A stretch of DNA of 64,000 nt from Podarcis tiliguerta. Its lineage: Eukaryota. The stretch lies in the NCBI GenBank assembly GCA_965153285.1, contig OZ229111.1; one strand, 5' to 3'. The notes beneath the pieces were generated by a model. It worked only from the letters and a program-made list of their open reading frames with translations. It had not been told where the DNA came from and ran no database searches. Position numbers and translations under genes: made by a program. Shown piece by piece: positions 52,441-64,000 of this stretch; positions within the stretch are counted from its first letter, which is position 1, and each line of letters begins with the position of its first letter.

Positions 52441-54061
52441 TATTTGGCCCTCAATAGCAGCAGACAGAAGAGTGAAATGTGGGAGGGGTATGAGGAGTAA
52501 AATTGGGGGGGGGGGTCCCTCATTCAGGCTACCAAAGTATCTGCAGTCTTCTGACTCCATGATGTCAATGCAGAAGAAAGAATTGCAATAAGTGAGTTTT
52601 CCTGGAGCTAGTCCAGCATCCATAACATGCCTGGCAGTCACATCACTGTAGTGTTTATAGAGGAAGAAAATAACTTCCCAGCGTTTTAAATTAGGATTGG
52701 GCAGAAGGTAGATTGGGATCTAATGGCAGAGCTTTGGATGATTTGCAGTAGATCAGCAAGGGCTTCTGATTCCCAGCTGTCTAACAATAGCAACAGTTTA
52801 AACTCTGCACACCCCCATGCACCAAATTAGGTGAAAAAGAACACCAGGAGCAGGATTCTCCTAACAATCCCTGTCAGCAGAAGCCCTGAACAAGGACTTT
52901 TGCCTGTGCAATGGGACTTCCCCACCTCTCCTCCCACCCACCATGAACATGGTTCAGAGGGGCCTGGAGAACTCCAAGAACAGCACACTGAGGGAGAAGA
53001 GGGGGCTCATTCGGCAAGCTGAATTGCTTGCACACTTGGAAGTCTATAATAGTGCAGTATTGAATTCCACCCAATGAATGGGTGTTTTGTGTGAAGGACT
53101 TGTGAGCTTGGTTATGGGAACTGCTCGTTCATTCCTAGACTGAGCATGTGCTCAGAGGCTCCTTGTTCCTTAATTCTGAACTTACATCCACTTACCTGAT
53201 CCACTAATTTGCACCTGGTTCTGGTTGGTGGTCCGTGAAGTTGTAGTAGAAAACAAAGTAGATCTCGCAAGCCTGACGCCCACCCAGCCCTACTCTAAAT
53301 GCACCTATAACTTAAGCTCAGGTCATTTTATCCATTGCATTTAGTAGATAATTTCTTAAATGAGAGGTGTGCCAGGTAATTGTACATTACCTGCTGGTAG
53401 TTCAGAATTTGCTTGCTCTCCTGTAACAGTTGCCCTCAAGCAATGATGACATTCTCTTCCTCAAAAGAATGACTTCCAACAGGGGCAGGGAAATACCAAC
53501 GTCACTGCCTCCATAGTGCTATCCTGCTTAATAGAAGGCAGCACCAGCATTGGCCTGTAGGGTGGGGTGGAGCCACAGATCCACCCTCACAATGCCAGCA
53601 TCACTTACATTGCACCTAACCTGTATGGAACCTCCCCACCCCTTCTCCACTCTCACCTGGTAAGCAGCAACAACCTTGCTGCTGGGAAGCTAGTGTTGCA
53701 ACTCCACTCCACTGGGTGAGGCACTTTTGGACAGAGCACGGCACTGGTGAGGTTGAGGCGGTACAGGAGCACCAGCTGAGCCAATCAGGTGATCCCACCC
53801 TGACATTGCTCCCCCACTCCAGCTCTGCCCAGGTAAGCTGCAGTGACATCAGTGCTGCTGGGACCTAGAGCAATTCTAAGGGAGAGGAAGGAGTATAATT
53901 ACTACTACTACACAGCAGCAACACGAGGTTGGGAGGGGAGGGAGAACATTGAGGGAGATAGTGTGGGTGATTAGAGGACTGGAAGAGAGAGCAGCAGAGG
54001 CAACCATCCCAGAGCAGTTATTATTTACAAGGCTGACACATCAACATTCTTCTTATTTCAG

Positions 54062-54224
54062 TTCCTCCACAAATCCATGAGAAAGAAGCAACTTCGCCCA
54101 ACATCTATTCCCGCAAAAGCCGACAGGTGCTCACCTGCACTGTGTATGGCATCCCAGCACCAGAGAAGATCCAGTGGCAGTGGAGGCCTTGGACACCCTG
54201 CCCAATGTTCTCCCGTCACAATCT
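54062..54224 (+). CDS. FLT4: VEGFR3 exon 10 ([55 protein letters not shown])
   Basis: 163 nt, TTTCAG acceptor, TCT|GTAAGT donor; VPPQIHEKE and [11 protein letters not shown] motifs of D5. Confidence 0.97.
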
Positions 54225-57200
54225 GTAAGTAACTGGCCTCCTTTGATCTTTGCCGTGTTCTTAATGCTGCAGCAAGGGAGGAAGACCTTGGCATGCTTCT
54301 TCATGCAAATGCACATGAGATGGTCACCGCAAGAGGGTCACTAGGGATGTGCATCGGATGAATGCCAAGGCGGACTGCTTTGGACAGATTTCAGGCGTCT
54401 CCAAGCTAAAGTGGCATCTCTTCAGTATGCCCCAAACCGAAGTGGGATTTGGGGCACTTCAGTTATTTGGATATTTAAAATGTTGCTGGTTATGTTGTAG
54501 AGGTGTCCCTAGGAAAGTATGCCATTTTCATAATAAAATAGTTGCCCACAAAACCAGAGGGAGAGAAGCAAATCCCTTTTAGTTCTCCCCATCCTCAAAA
54601 AGCACCCAGCACAAAAAACATTTTGTATTTTGGCAGGTTTCTTACAAAGAGGGGGCTGTCTGGTGGGTGCTATTTGCATACAGATTGCATACAAAGTAAG
54701 AGGGGAGCTTAAGTGATTTCTTTTTTGACCATCCTAAAATGGAAAAGCCTGCCCTTGCAGGAAAACCACTATGGCTAGATTAAAAGTGCCAGAGTGTATC
54801 CTCTCAGAAAAGGCAAACAAGAGAGCAAATTTCATACACTTCTGCCAAAAGGTAAAATAATTGTAGACAATTCTGGTTTTGTTTTTAAAGGTGCCTAGTA
54901 CAAAAACTAATGGAACTATTTCTCTGTAATTTGGCAGGCTTTATCCACTAAGCCTTGAAATTTAATGCAAGTCCATTAAAAATGAAACTGTTTTTTGTTT
55001 TCCTATTTGTTCCTTGCAAATTTGGATTTGGACCCAAACCAAAATGGGTAGCCTCTGTGTTGCTGTTGCTAGCTGTTACTTGTTGTTGTTGCTGCTGCTG
55101 CTGTTACCTACCTGCCCTTCACTTTAAGGTGCCAGGACAGGCTACAACAATTAAAACACAATGTTAAAAATGGATTAAAACAACTTACAGTAACAGAAAT
55201 GAAGCCATTTGTGTGGAGTGGCTTCTTGCACTTACAGGACAATATTTCTCCACACTGCCTTTTGGAGAACATTTGTAGTGCCATGGAGAGTGGTGTGAGT
55301 ACCTGTCCATTTGAAGGGCATGCCATAAATAATGTTAGCCAGGAGCTAAATGCAGCCTGTTCCTTCACTTTAAAACCTATGACTAAGACCTAATTCAAAT
55401 GTCATAATAAGCTGGTATTATCACCTTGATCTCAGACAGGTAGTGTTGTCCAACATCTGTAGGTAAAAGTATAAATGGTGGTCCTTGTGCAAGAGCATCA
55501 GTTTTTTATTCATATGAGTGGAGTAGACAATGAGGTTCACCCTCCTGCCTGCATCTTCTAGTCCCAAGAGAGGGGGCTATTCATTTGGCTCACAAAGTGC
55601 TCCCTCCTTATGGGTGTGACTGGAGTGGCATGAAACCTGACTACTGGAAAAGAGACTCCATGCTTCTCTAGCAACTAATTGTGCCATGGGGGTGCATTTT
55701 AGATTTCTCATGGAGCAACATGAAGGAGCAGGGTTAAGAGCAGGGGTTTAGGCAGGTTTTTCTTCTGGTGTTGAATATGTAAAAATGTTGCTGATTACTC
55801 CTGCATAGAATTATCCTGCTAGTGCTTTTTCTTTGATTTCTCTGGCCACTGAGGGCTGAACTATTGGCTTAAGTCCAAACTAGGCATGATGTGGGAGATT
55901 CAAGAACTGGATGTCTCATTTTTCCAAAGAAAGACAAGCAGCTACAGAGGGATCATATTTGGATTGAAACTGCTGTGTTTGGGAAGGGGAACATAGCAGT
56001 ACTGTATGGGTAGATGTACATTTTTGCCCCCAGAGTTGATTTAAATCAGGGAAATGTAATTTAGGCACAGGGGTGTTGAAAAGCAAAACAAATAATTTCC
56101 CTACAACATGGTAGTAACAATCTGAATGAGGGACCCTGTGACTACTTTTAAATATTTTTAAAAGCTGGGGAACTTGATCCCATAACTCCTGCATCAATTT
56201 CAAGTTTGGCCCTTGGTGTCTGAAAACTGGTTAGGATCTAGGCCCAGTTTAAAGTGGAGCTGAGAAGCAATTGTTCACAAACATGAACAGGCCAGCAGCT
56301 GCATGAAAAGGCAATTTGACTCAACTCAGCCATTTGACAGAAAAAGAACAAGAAATGCAGTGGTGTAGCATGAAGAATCGCCTATAAATAAGTGGCTCTT
56401 CAGTCTTCACAGACATCTATCAAACCAAAGGCTGCTTTGCCTGGTGCAGTTTGCACCATCTTAGGAAGCTGTAGAGATTTGTTACCCTCTTCAAGAGATT
56501 TGTTTCTGAGCATGCTAGTGGCAGAACTCAAAACTTGCCTGCTGCTTGTCTGCAAGGACAATGGAGGCAGAAATTATTACAATGGTAGAGTTGTGAGGTT
56601 TTCAATGTGTGTGGGTTTTTCCTGCAGAAAATTTATGTAGCTGCCAGAAAATGTCTAGGTAGGAAGTGGCATCTAAGGCGTTTAATACTCTATTTAACAG
56701 AAACAGACTTAGAAAGATCGATGGGAGTCTGATACAAAGTTTTACAAAGATGTGTTTCAATGCCCTTGTTGCTTACCAGAACAATATCTCATAAAAACAA
56801 ATCTATATGAGTACTGCTGTATAATTCATGCACCTCAGAAGGTTCTAGTAGTGCTAATAGATAAAGGGGTTTTTTTAATAGTCAGAATGCAGAGTGGGAT
56901 GATCCAGTGGTTGTTGAAAATAAAACTAGATAAGAATATGTTTGGACCCCAAAGTGTTGGTGCAATGAAAAAAGGGGTAGACTGTATAAAGAATTCCCTA
57001 GATGCCAAAATCCAGGTTTGGGGCAAGTACAGAAAAAGTTGCACAGGCAGTAAAACCTGGATTAGTTACAGTAGTGAAAGTTCCCAAATTATTGGTATAG
57101 GAACTCAAGAGTGGCTTGTTAGAGCCATGTGGCTAAGTTGGAGCAACCAGCTTAGCCTCTTCACATGCTGAGCTTCTCCCACAGACTAGGAAGAAAGGAT

Positions 57201-57455
57201 AGGCTTGATAGGCTCCTCCCAAGGTGAGGGGAAGTGGGCATAACTAAGCCTGGCAAAACAGCTTACTCTATGGTATTAACCCCTTCATGTGTTAATTAGA
57301 CTTAAGCAAGTTGGTTATATGAGGCTGGTTATCCCACACAAAGAACTTACGTTACTTCAGTAAATTCCACAATGACCTTGGCAGAAGCTTGAAATAGCAA
57401 ATCTGTCAAAGTAAAGTGTGAAAGCCTGCAAAAGTGACTGAACAGTATGTGACTC

Positions 57456-57771
57456 CAGCAGTGGAACGTACGCTCCTGCCACCTAAATTGGGTGCGTAGG
57501 GCATGCCCTAAGGGGGCAGGGGTGGGGGGAGCCTGCTGTGCCCAGCCAGGCACGAGAATGCTGCCTTGGTGGTATCCTCACACAGCACTGCCCAGCCGAG
57601 GAGAGGGGCAGCAACACTGCTGCTGTGACTATCCTCCTTCTCTCCGCCTCCCAGGTCAGACCTGGCCCAGGAGACAGAGCCAGGCCCAATAAGGGAGTCT
57701 GGGAGGGGCGCCTAGTCATGCCCCTCTCAAAACTGTGCCCAGGGCCATGCTCCCCACACACTACACCTCTG
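57456..57771. mobile_element. GC-rich hAT-type non-autonomous element
   Basis: Ends CAGCAGTGGA / CTACACCTCTG with 8-bp flanks TGTGACTC (57448-57455) / TGTGACCC (57772-57779). Confidence 0.6.
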
Positions 57772-58363
57772 TGTGACCCCAAGATCATATTTGATTCAAA
57801 GTGACGATGAAGCTTCAGTAAAAGCTGAGTGAATGTAGAAGTAGCAGATTCACGCAAGTTAAAGTCATAAGGCAGAATGTATGGAGCTGTTGTAATACAT
57901 AGTGATAGGAAGACTCATAAAAAGTTTTGGACTCCAAGATGCCTGTGACTACATCAAGAAGCAGAGAGATAAAAAAAGCCCATTAGATTGGGAGAAGAAG
58001 AATGTGTGAGAGAAAGAGAGAACAAGAATACGAAGCAAAGTGGTCCACTTTGTTTCCACTGTGTGAAGGGAAACAGTTTTTGGAAACATTAACACAGAAT
58101 TGAAACATAGGGCAGCAGCCATTTAATAAATGAGAATTTTACTGGCCTTCAGCATTTTAACTCCAAAACAAATCCCTTAGTGCAACGGTTCTGAGAATGT
58201 GAAGTAGGCCTGTCTCCAAGGAAACTTGGGCAGCTTGCTAAGAAAGGCTTGAACTGCTTGTTTTCTCCCAGACTGTTTAGTATCTGTGCTTCAACTGGGT
58301 GAGAAGCAGGGTGCTTATTTTCCCTGTCCCAAGCAATGTAGCCCAAAGACCTGTGGAGGCTGC

Positions 58364-58718
58364 AAAAAAGGTAAAGGACCCCTGACAGTTAAGTCCAGTT
58401 GCAAACGACTCTGGGGTTGCGGCGCTCATCTCACTTTACTGGCCGAGGGAGCCGATGTTTGTCCACAGACAGTTTTCCCAGGTTATGTGGCCAGCATGTG
58501 GCCAGAGCAGCACGCCATTTACCTTCCCACCATTTACCTTCCCACCGGAGCGGTACCTATTTATCTACTTGCACTTTGACACGCTTTTGAACTGCTAGGT
58601 TGGCAGGAGCTGGGACTGAGCAACGGGAGCTCACCCCGTCACGGAGATTTGAACCGCCGACCTTCCGATCAGCAAGCCCTAGGCTCTGTGGTTTAGACCA
58701 CAGCGCCACCTGCATCCC
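58364..58718 (-). mobile_element. Near full-length Sauria SINE (Squam1)
   Basis: Reverse strand begins GGGATGCAGGTGGCGCTGTGGTCTAAACC (A-box), has GGCGGTTCAAATCTCCG (B-box), and ends in the CCTTTACCTTTTT tail shared with BovB-mobilised Sauria SINEs. Confidence 0.93.
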
Positions 58719-59059
58719 TTGTGGGTGCCCCATAATTTTCCTTTTTCTCTTGTTGGTTGACTGGAGAAGCTTGTGGTGATTTGCAGTGGCATTCAGCATG
58801 CACCAGTTTGGAAGAGGCAGTAGTGCTAGAGGTTCTTTTCCTCATGGAGGCCCTGTTTGACCAGGTGTGATAGACTCTGGATGTGGTGGAAGTAGTTGTG
58901 GAACTGCCCTTAGAAACAAGGACAATTTATATGACTTCTATCTCTGTCTGAATGGTTATTGTGCAGGAGACAAGCTTCCTCCTGTTCCTTTGGGTTCTGC
59001 TGGCAGGACACTTTACAGCAAAGGTCTATTATTATTGAGAAAGAAAGATAGAAAGAGGC

Positions 59060-59340
59060 CTCTAAGATAGACAGGAATGTGACAGGGAAGCATTATTGAC
59101 CCAGGAGGAAGTGGGGCATCTATAAAAATACTGATGCCGTAAATGTACTGTTTGACTGGCTGAGGAAACAAGGGCATTTCCAGTCCCATCAGAATGCTTT
59201 GTGGCCTTGTCAGGAAGGAGAGGAGTTGTTGAATTATTAGCACTGTCTCCCAAGGCCACAATCTTTATGCTTATCCCAGCTTCAGAGGATGCATCATGAT
59301 TTCCTGTTGTTTAAACAGATTCTCACTCTTGTTATGGTAC
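59060..59340. promoter_or_regulatory. Candidate endothelial enhancer, intron 10 (FOX:ETS, ETS, GATA, SOX motifs)
   Basis: ATTTCCTGTTGTTT (59299-59312), CTTATC (59270), several GGAA cores, CTTTGT and ACAAT. Motif evidence only. Confidence 0.4.
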
Positions 59341-60355
59341 ACTAAGTGTGCTAAACATCTGTCCCCTCATTTTCTCTAATGAAAGCATGTTGTTTGGGTG
59401 GAGGAGCACACTATCTGCCAGATGTTAATTTGGGCGCCAGAACTATCCAACACTCTCAGATACGTTTTGGGCCACATACCTGGTCTACTGCATACACAGC
59501 AGTGCAGACACTTTATCCAGGTACCCACATTGCATTACATTTGAACCCGACTTTCCAGCAGACACCTTCTGACACATGTTGCAGGATGCCACACCCTGTA
59601 GCATACTCTCTTAACTCTCAGTCAATGTCCCTTAGATGCATATCAATCCCCTGACCTCCCACATTAAAAACTCTTTCAGGTTGTGTGCACACTGTATATT
59701 TAACATGCGCATCCACACAGCACGGCATGAAGGCTATATTCTTCCCCTGCTTTTGCTCCCCAGACACTGGCACCCCATACAGTCAGGGTTCCAGGCAGCG
59801 GGAAGGGCAAGGTACAGGGAGCTTAACAGTGCAGGCATGGCAAAGGAGCCAGTCCAATGCTCTTGCCACACCATCACCCTGCCTGCACCACCTTGAGCTT
59901 TCTGCACCTTACCACCCCACCAACTGCTGCTGGCTCCATATAACAATCTGATAGTCGTGGGTATATGAAATATCCTTGCATTTTTTACCCCTTTTTAAAG
60001 CAATCTAAGCTAGTGGTTATCACCACATGAAATGGAGCGAATTGTTCACTACATGAAGAGAAGTGCTTATAATATTCCATCTCTTCTGACTCTCTTGCTA
60101 TCACTGGCGATCCTTGATTTCTCATACTGTGGGAGAGGGAGAACATTTTCTCTTTATCCGTTTTCTCTGTACCATCTAAAGTTTTATAAGGCCATCTCGT
60201 GCTCCCCCTTAGCCATTTTCCCTCTCCTCCTAATTATATTATAGGCAGCATTGTATGTTAATGCCCTGTAATCTTCCCAATAACTTCTTTTATTGGCAAA
60301 CCAAATCTCCTGTTTCTCTCTGTCTCTTCTTCTTTCATGGCTTCTGGATAAATAG

Positions 60356-60497
60356 GAGTAGGAGGAGGACTGTCCGGCGCCATCAGCGAGACCGGATGCC
60401 CGAGTGTAAGGACTGGAAGGATGTGTCGCAGCTGGATGCTGTGAATGCCATTGAAAGCATTGACACCTGGACAGAGTTTGTGGAAGGAAGGAACAAG
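60356..60497 (+). CDS. FLT4: VEGFR3 exon 11 ([47 protein letters not shown])
   Basis: Donor AAG|GTGAGG after 60497. The first AG after the pyrimidine tract ends at 60355, giving 142 nt, but further in-frame AGs follow so the 5' edge is ambiguous. [16 protein letters not shown] is diagnostic. Confidence 0.93.
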
Positions 60498-61929
60498 GTG
60501 AGGACACATGTTTCTCTTTGTCCTTTCTGCGTTGGAAAGAGGTAGAAGCACCTCGAGCTCATGAGACGGAGCCTTCTCAGGCCAAAACGTTTTAGCTGAT
60601 TTTGCAACATGAAGCCAAACTGTGAGTTGACTTCCATCATGTGGTCAGTTAGTTATGCAGCTAAATGATTACACATTTAGTAATCAGTTTTTGTCTTATC
60701 TATATGTTTATATGAAAAACCAAAGCCAGTTTTGGATCACCCGTTAAGATCCTTACTACCAATTATGATACTAGAGAGAAAAATGAGGTATAAAATGTGA
60801 AGACTGACATTACTGAATACATTCACATGAAATAAAAAATAGTTCACAATGCAGGGGGGGGAGGACTCTGAAGAAATGAAGGCTGCAGAGTGTGAAACTT
60901 CCATAGCTGTCATGTACTCCTAATATGGCTGACGTTACTCAAAGGTTAAGAATGCACCAGATTTATGTGAATGGCACTGGCAAATTTGGGGACAAATGTT
61001 GTATGAATGTGCAAAGGAAGGAATACTAGAGACAGTGATAATAATGATCTAAATTTGCATTGCTTTCAGTGAATTCAGTACTGAATGTATGCTTATTCAA
61101 TAGAGTGATTTAAAAGGTGAACATTAAATTAGAAGGTATTGTCCACTGTGGTGGTTTAAAGACAGTTCCATGAGTCAGAGCATGGCTTTCTTCATAGAGG
61201 AATGAGATCATCTATGAGCAAGCTGAATGGAAGGCAGAGTGCAGTGGAATATTCTAATGCAATGAATGTACAGCAATCTTCATTCTTCAAAATAAATTCA
61301 CTGCTGACATCCTATAAATGGCTGAGGAAATACATGAATTTTGAGTTAGTGCCAAAAAGACAAAAGACATTCCATAACTGGGGTGCCACCACAGAAGATG
61401 CCCTACAATATTCATTCCCAACTCCATTCCATAAGAATATATATCACAACTGTTTTTACAGGTCAGCATTCTGATTATTAAACTACACTTTGTCCCACGT
61501 TAAGCTATATTCAGTGAAACTGCTGGAAATTTAATTTGATGTCGCAGTGGCAGAACCACCTTGGTACTGCTAAATATAAGGGGTGGGTGGGAATTGGAAT
61601 TGAGAACTTGAGGTGGAATGGCAAGGAGAACCCTTTTCCTATCCTTATTTTTTGCTCCCAAACTACTGTGCTTCAGCCATTTTTCTCCTGGTGGAAATTT
61701 CATAATGCCACTCAGAGATGGTGGGACAGCTGAGCTGGGACATTTAGGGGGCAAAAAACATAGGCAACAAGAGTCCAACTCTTCCTTCTTGCTCATGCTG
61801 TGCTTTCAGTCGCCCTTCTCACCTGCCCCCTACTTTCTCTCGATTCAGCTACCAGACTCAGTGGGCCATTGTGAACAGTTTGGCCCTGTACACTATTCCA
61901 GTACAAATATGTGAATCCAAATGTATGAA

Positions 61930-62290
61930 GTGTTGCTTTGAAGTGTGAGAGGTTCCATTGGATATTACACTATATTTCTGGAATGGTTTTTTTTCTTTCT
62001 CTCCTGTCCTGATGCATGACTAGCTGGCATTTAAAGGCTGTTTCTTTCCATCCCCCCTGTATAAATGCCAGAGTCATGTGTGCTTTTCTATGACTAGTTT
62101 CCTGTTCTAGGTGACAATGTCAGTTACCAAACACGCGTGCATAATAGTGATGCAGGCTAAAGAACAAACAAATGGTTCCCAGTTTCCTGAAGTCACTTCC
62201 TGTTTTCATACACCCCTCCAAAATCACTTCCTGTTCCAATTTCAGTCAGGAGTTGGAAAGCAACGGAAAGGATGATGGGAAGGAGAGAGG
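61930..62290. promoter_or_regulatory. Candidate endothelial/lymphatic enhancer, intron 11 (ETS x4, T-box-like, FOX, SOX)
   Basis: CACTTCCTGTT twice, GTTTCCTG twice, AGGTGACA (62109), AAGTGTGA (61941), ACAATG, AACAAACAAAT. Motif evidence only. Confidence 0.5.
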
Positions 62291-64000
62291 CATGTTTCGT
62301 GCTCTGATTCAGGCTGTGTTAATGGCTTATACCAAGAGACAGTCTGTTTTCTGAACCTATCCTAATAATAGACAAGTCATATTTGGTGATATTATTTGTG
62401 ATAGCAATTTAACATATATTACATTCACTTCTTTTACTTTCCTTTCTCTCCTTTAACCCATTTCACCCCTTCTTTGTCCTTTATAGGATCCATTGCCATA
62501 TATATTTCTTTATCCCCCCCCCCCCCCCCAGTTACTAGTAGGGAAAGAAGCATGAATAGAAAACATTTGTAAATAACTTCCAATTCTGACTCAGCCTGTC
62601 AGCCCCTCAAATGTTTGGGTTCTGGAAAAGAGAGCCGTAACACTCCTGGAGTGGTGTCTCCAAAATCTGTCTCGCATTTCCATTATGTGATGGCATTTTT
62701 GCATTTGTTTATTTTATTGTTGTTAGCTACCTGAATCATATTCGGTGGAAAGGTGGGCTATATGTTTCATAATATAAGTATGCCATTATAAGAAAATAGC
62801 TAGTCTTTTGGCCTTCAAAACTTTTGCTAATGGAATTGATACTCATTTTCCAGAACATTCGGAAAGTCTCCTGTCTGTGAACAGGTCACTAGATGCAGCT
62901 CTGGGTACCGCTATTTAAATTTGTTTGTTTCATTTGATACCAATTCAAGTAGAGGAAGAACCCAAAGTTGCTGGTTTTTCCACTGAGCGACAGACTAGCT
63001 CTGCTTCCTTCTTCTTCCTCTGTGACAGCCTGATGGAATGGCTGCTACTAAATGACCGCTGATGCGGGGAGAAACCTGATGGAGCTGGTTTCTCAGCAGA
63101 GCTAATGGAATGGCCCTGCTTCCCTCCTTCATTGCAACCTGATGGAATGTCTGTTACAAGACAACAAATGAGGAATAAACTTGCCAGGGTTAATTGATTT
63201 CATTTGATGAATGAATTTCTAACCAGCTTTTCAGGTTACAAAAAGGATTCCCTAGAGCACAGACTGAAAGCCACTGCTATGTAGTTTCTGAAATAGAAGA
63301 AAGCAGGTCTATGTGGATAGGTGGAATAGGCTTATAACACCAGAATAGTTAATTTCCAAGCATAGATTATAAGACAGATTGGAGGCAATAGGAATTAAAT
63401 CTAGATGATGGATGTTGTGCATACCCTGCATGGTTTTGTACTGTAGAATTTGTACAATATTATATTGGTTTAATTGCACTAGCCAGCAGCTGTGTTGACA
63501 TTTTATGGACCACTGCATATATCATTAAAGGAACTGGAGCTATCCTTCCACAGATGATCTGCAAAGGTCAGCAGAGCAGATCCATCTTAGAGTGGGCTTG
63601 TCCACGTTTGAGCATTATTTAGCTCTTAATCTACCCCCCCCCCCATTCAAATTAGACTGGAGTAGTCTTTCCCATTCATACTAGCAGGCATTCTCTTTTA
63701 CGTTTGTTGTAGCCTTCTAATTTCTTGATTCTATTATGCCAGTTAAGCACTGACAGGACACGCATGCAGGTAGCTATATGTGCACCTTGGTTGTTGTTTT
63801 TTTGTTTCTTAACGTCTTTGCCCAAGAAGTGTGCAAAAACACACTGTCAGGCAATCATAAATTTGTTTGTGCAATTTTCTAGTTCTGTGCAAATCTGAGG
63901 GATCAAAAGAATATATACATATATATATATATAAATCTACGAAAGCATATATATATATATATATATGCAGGTTTTGGTGTCCTCGGGTGTCTTCCCGTGT

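Noticed and set aside
56670-57050. 139-aa ORF / possible old LINE C-terminal fragment
   Set aside because: Only faint CPC..HC-like hints across frames; neither a gene nor a family assignment can be supported by eye.
60558-60600. Possible hammerhead-like motif (GCCT-TCTC-AGGC-CAAAACGTT) after exon 11
   Set aside because: Both conserved boxes (CUGANGA and GAAA) are absent or altered; too degenerate to support.
60498-64000. FLT4 exon 12 (expected TVSKL...)
   Set aside because: No matching coding sequence found; it must lie beyond the window.
1-64000. CRISPR arrays, operons or prokaryotic systems
   Set aside because: The sequence is eukaryotic intron-exon DNA with no repeat-spacer array.

Overview
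Vertebrate genomic DNA from a squamate reptile, probably a lacertid lizard judging by the Sauria SINE, BovB, Squam-type SINEs and squamate MITEs. The window holds the 5' part of FLT4 (VEGFR3) on the + strand: a CpG-island promoter and coding exons 1-11. The exons are 4492-4549, 32906-33002, 37054-37328, 44119-44231, 45608-45770, 47006-47145, 48527-48698, 49616-49733, 51213-51367, 54062-54224 and 60356-60497. All are GT-AG, and they splice into one open 1596-nt (532-codon) frame covering the signal peptide, Ig domains D1-D4 and most of D5. Exon 12 onward lies beyond the window. Nearly all other ORFs in the track are noise, antisense shadows or exon read-through. The most interesting extras are: (i) a ~1.6 kb hAT-like element in intron 1 carrying an unidentified decayed ~150-170 codon coding fragment (possible Pack-TIR gene capture); (ii) five in-frame tandem NAG acceptors at the basic D5 cleavage loop; (iii) ETS/FOX/SOX/T-box motif clusters in introns 10 and 11 that look like endothelial enhancers; (iv) a triple-nested transposon just upstream of exon 2; (v) a decayed hammerhead ribozyme core in a Penelope-like remnant. 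Family names and comparisons to human come from recall and were not database-searched.
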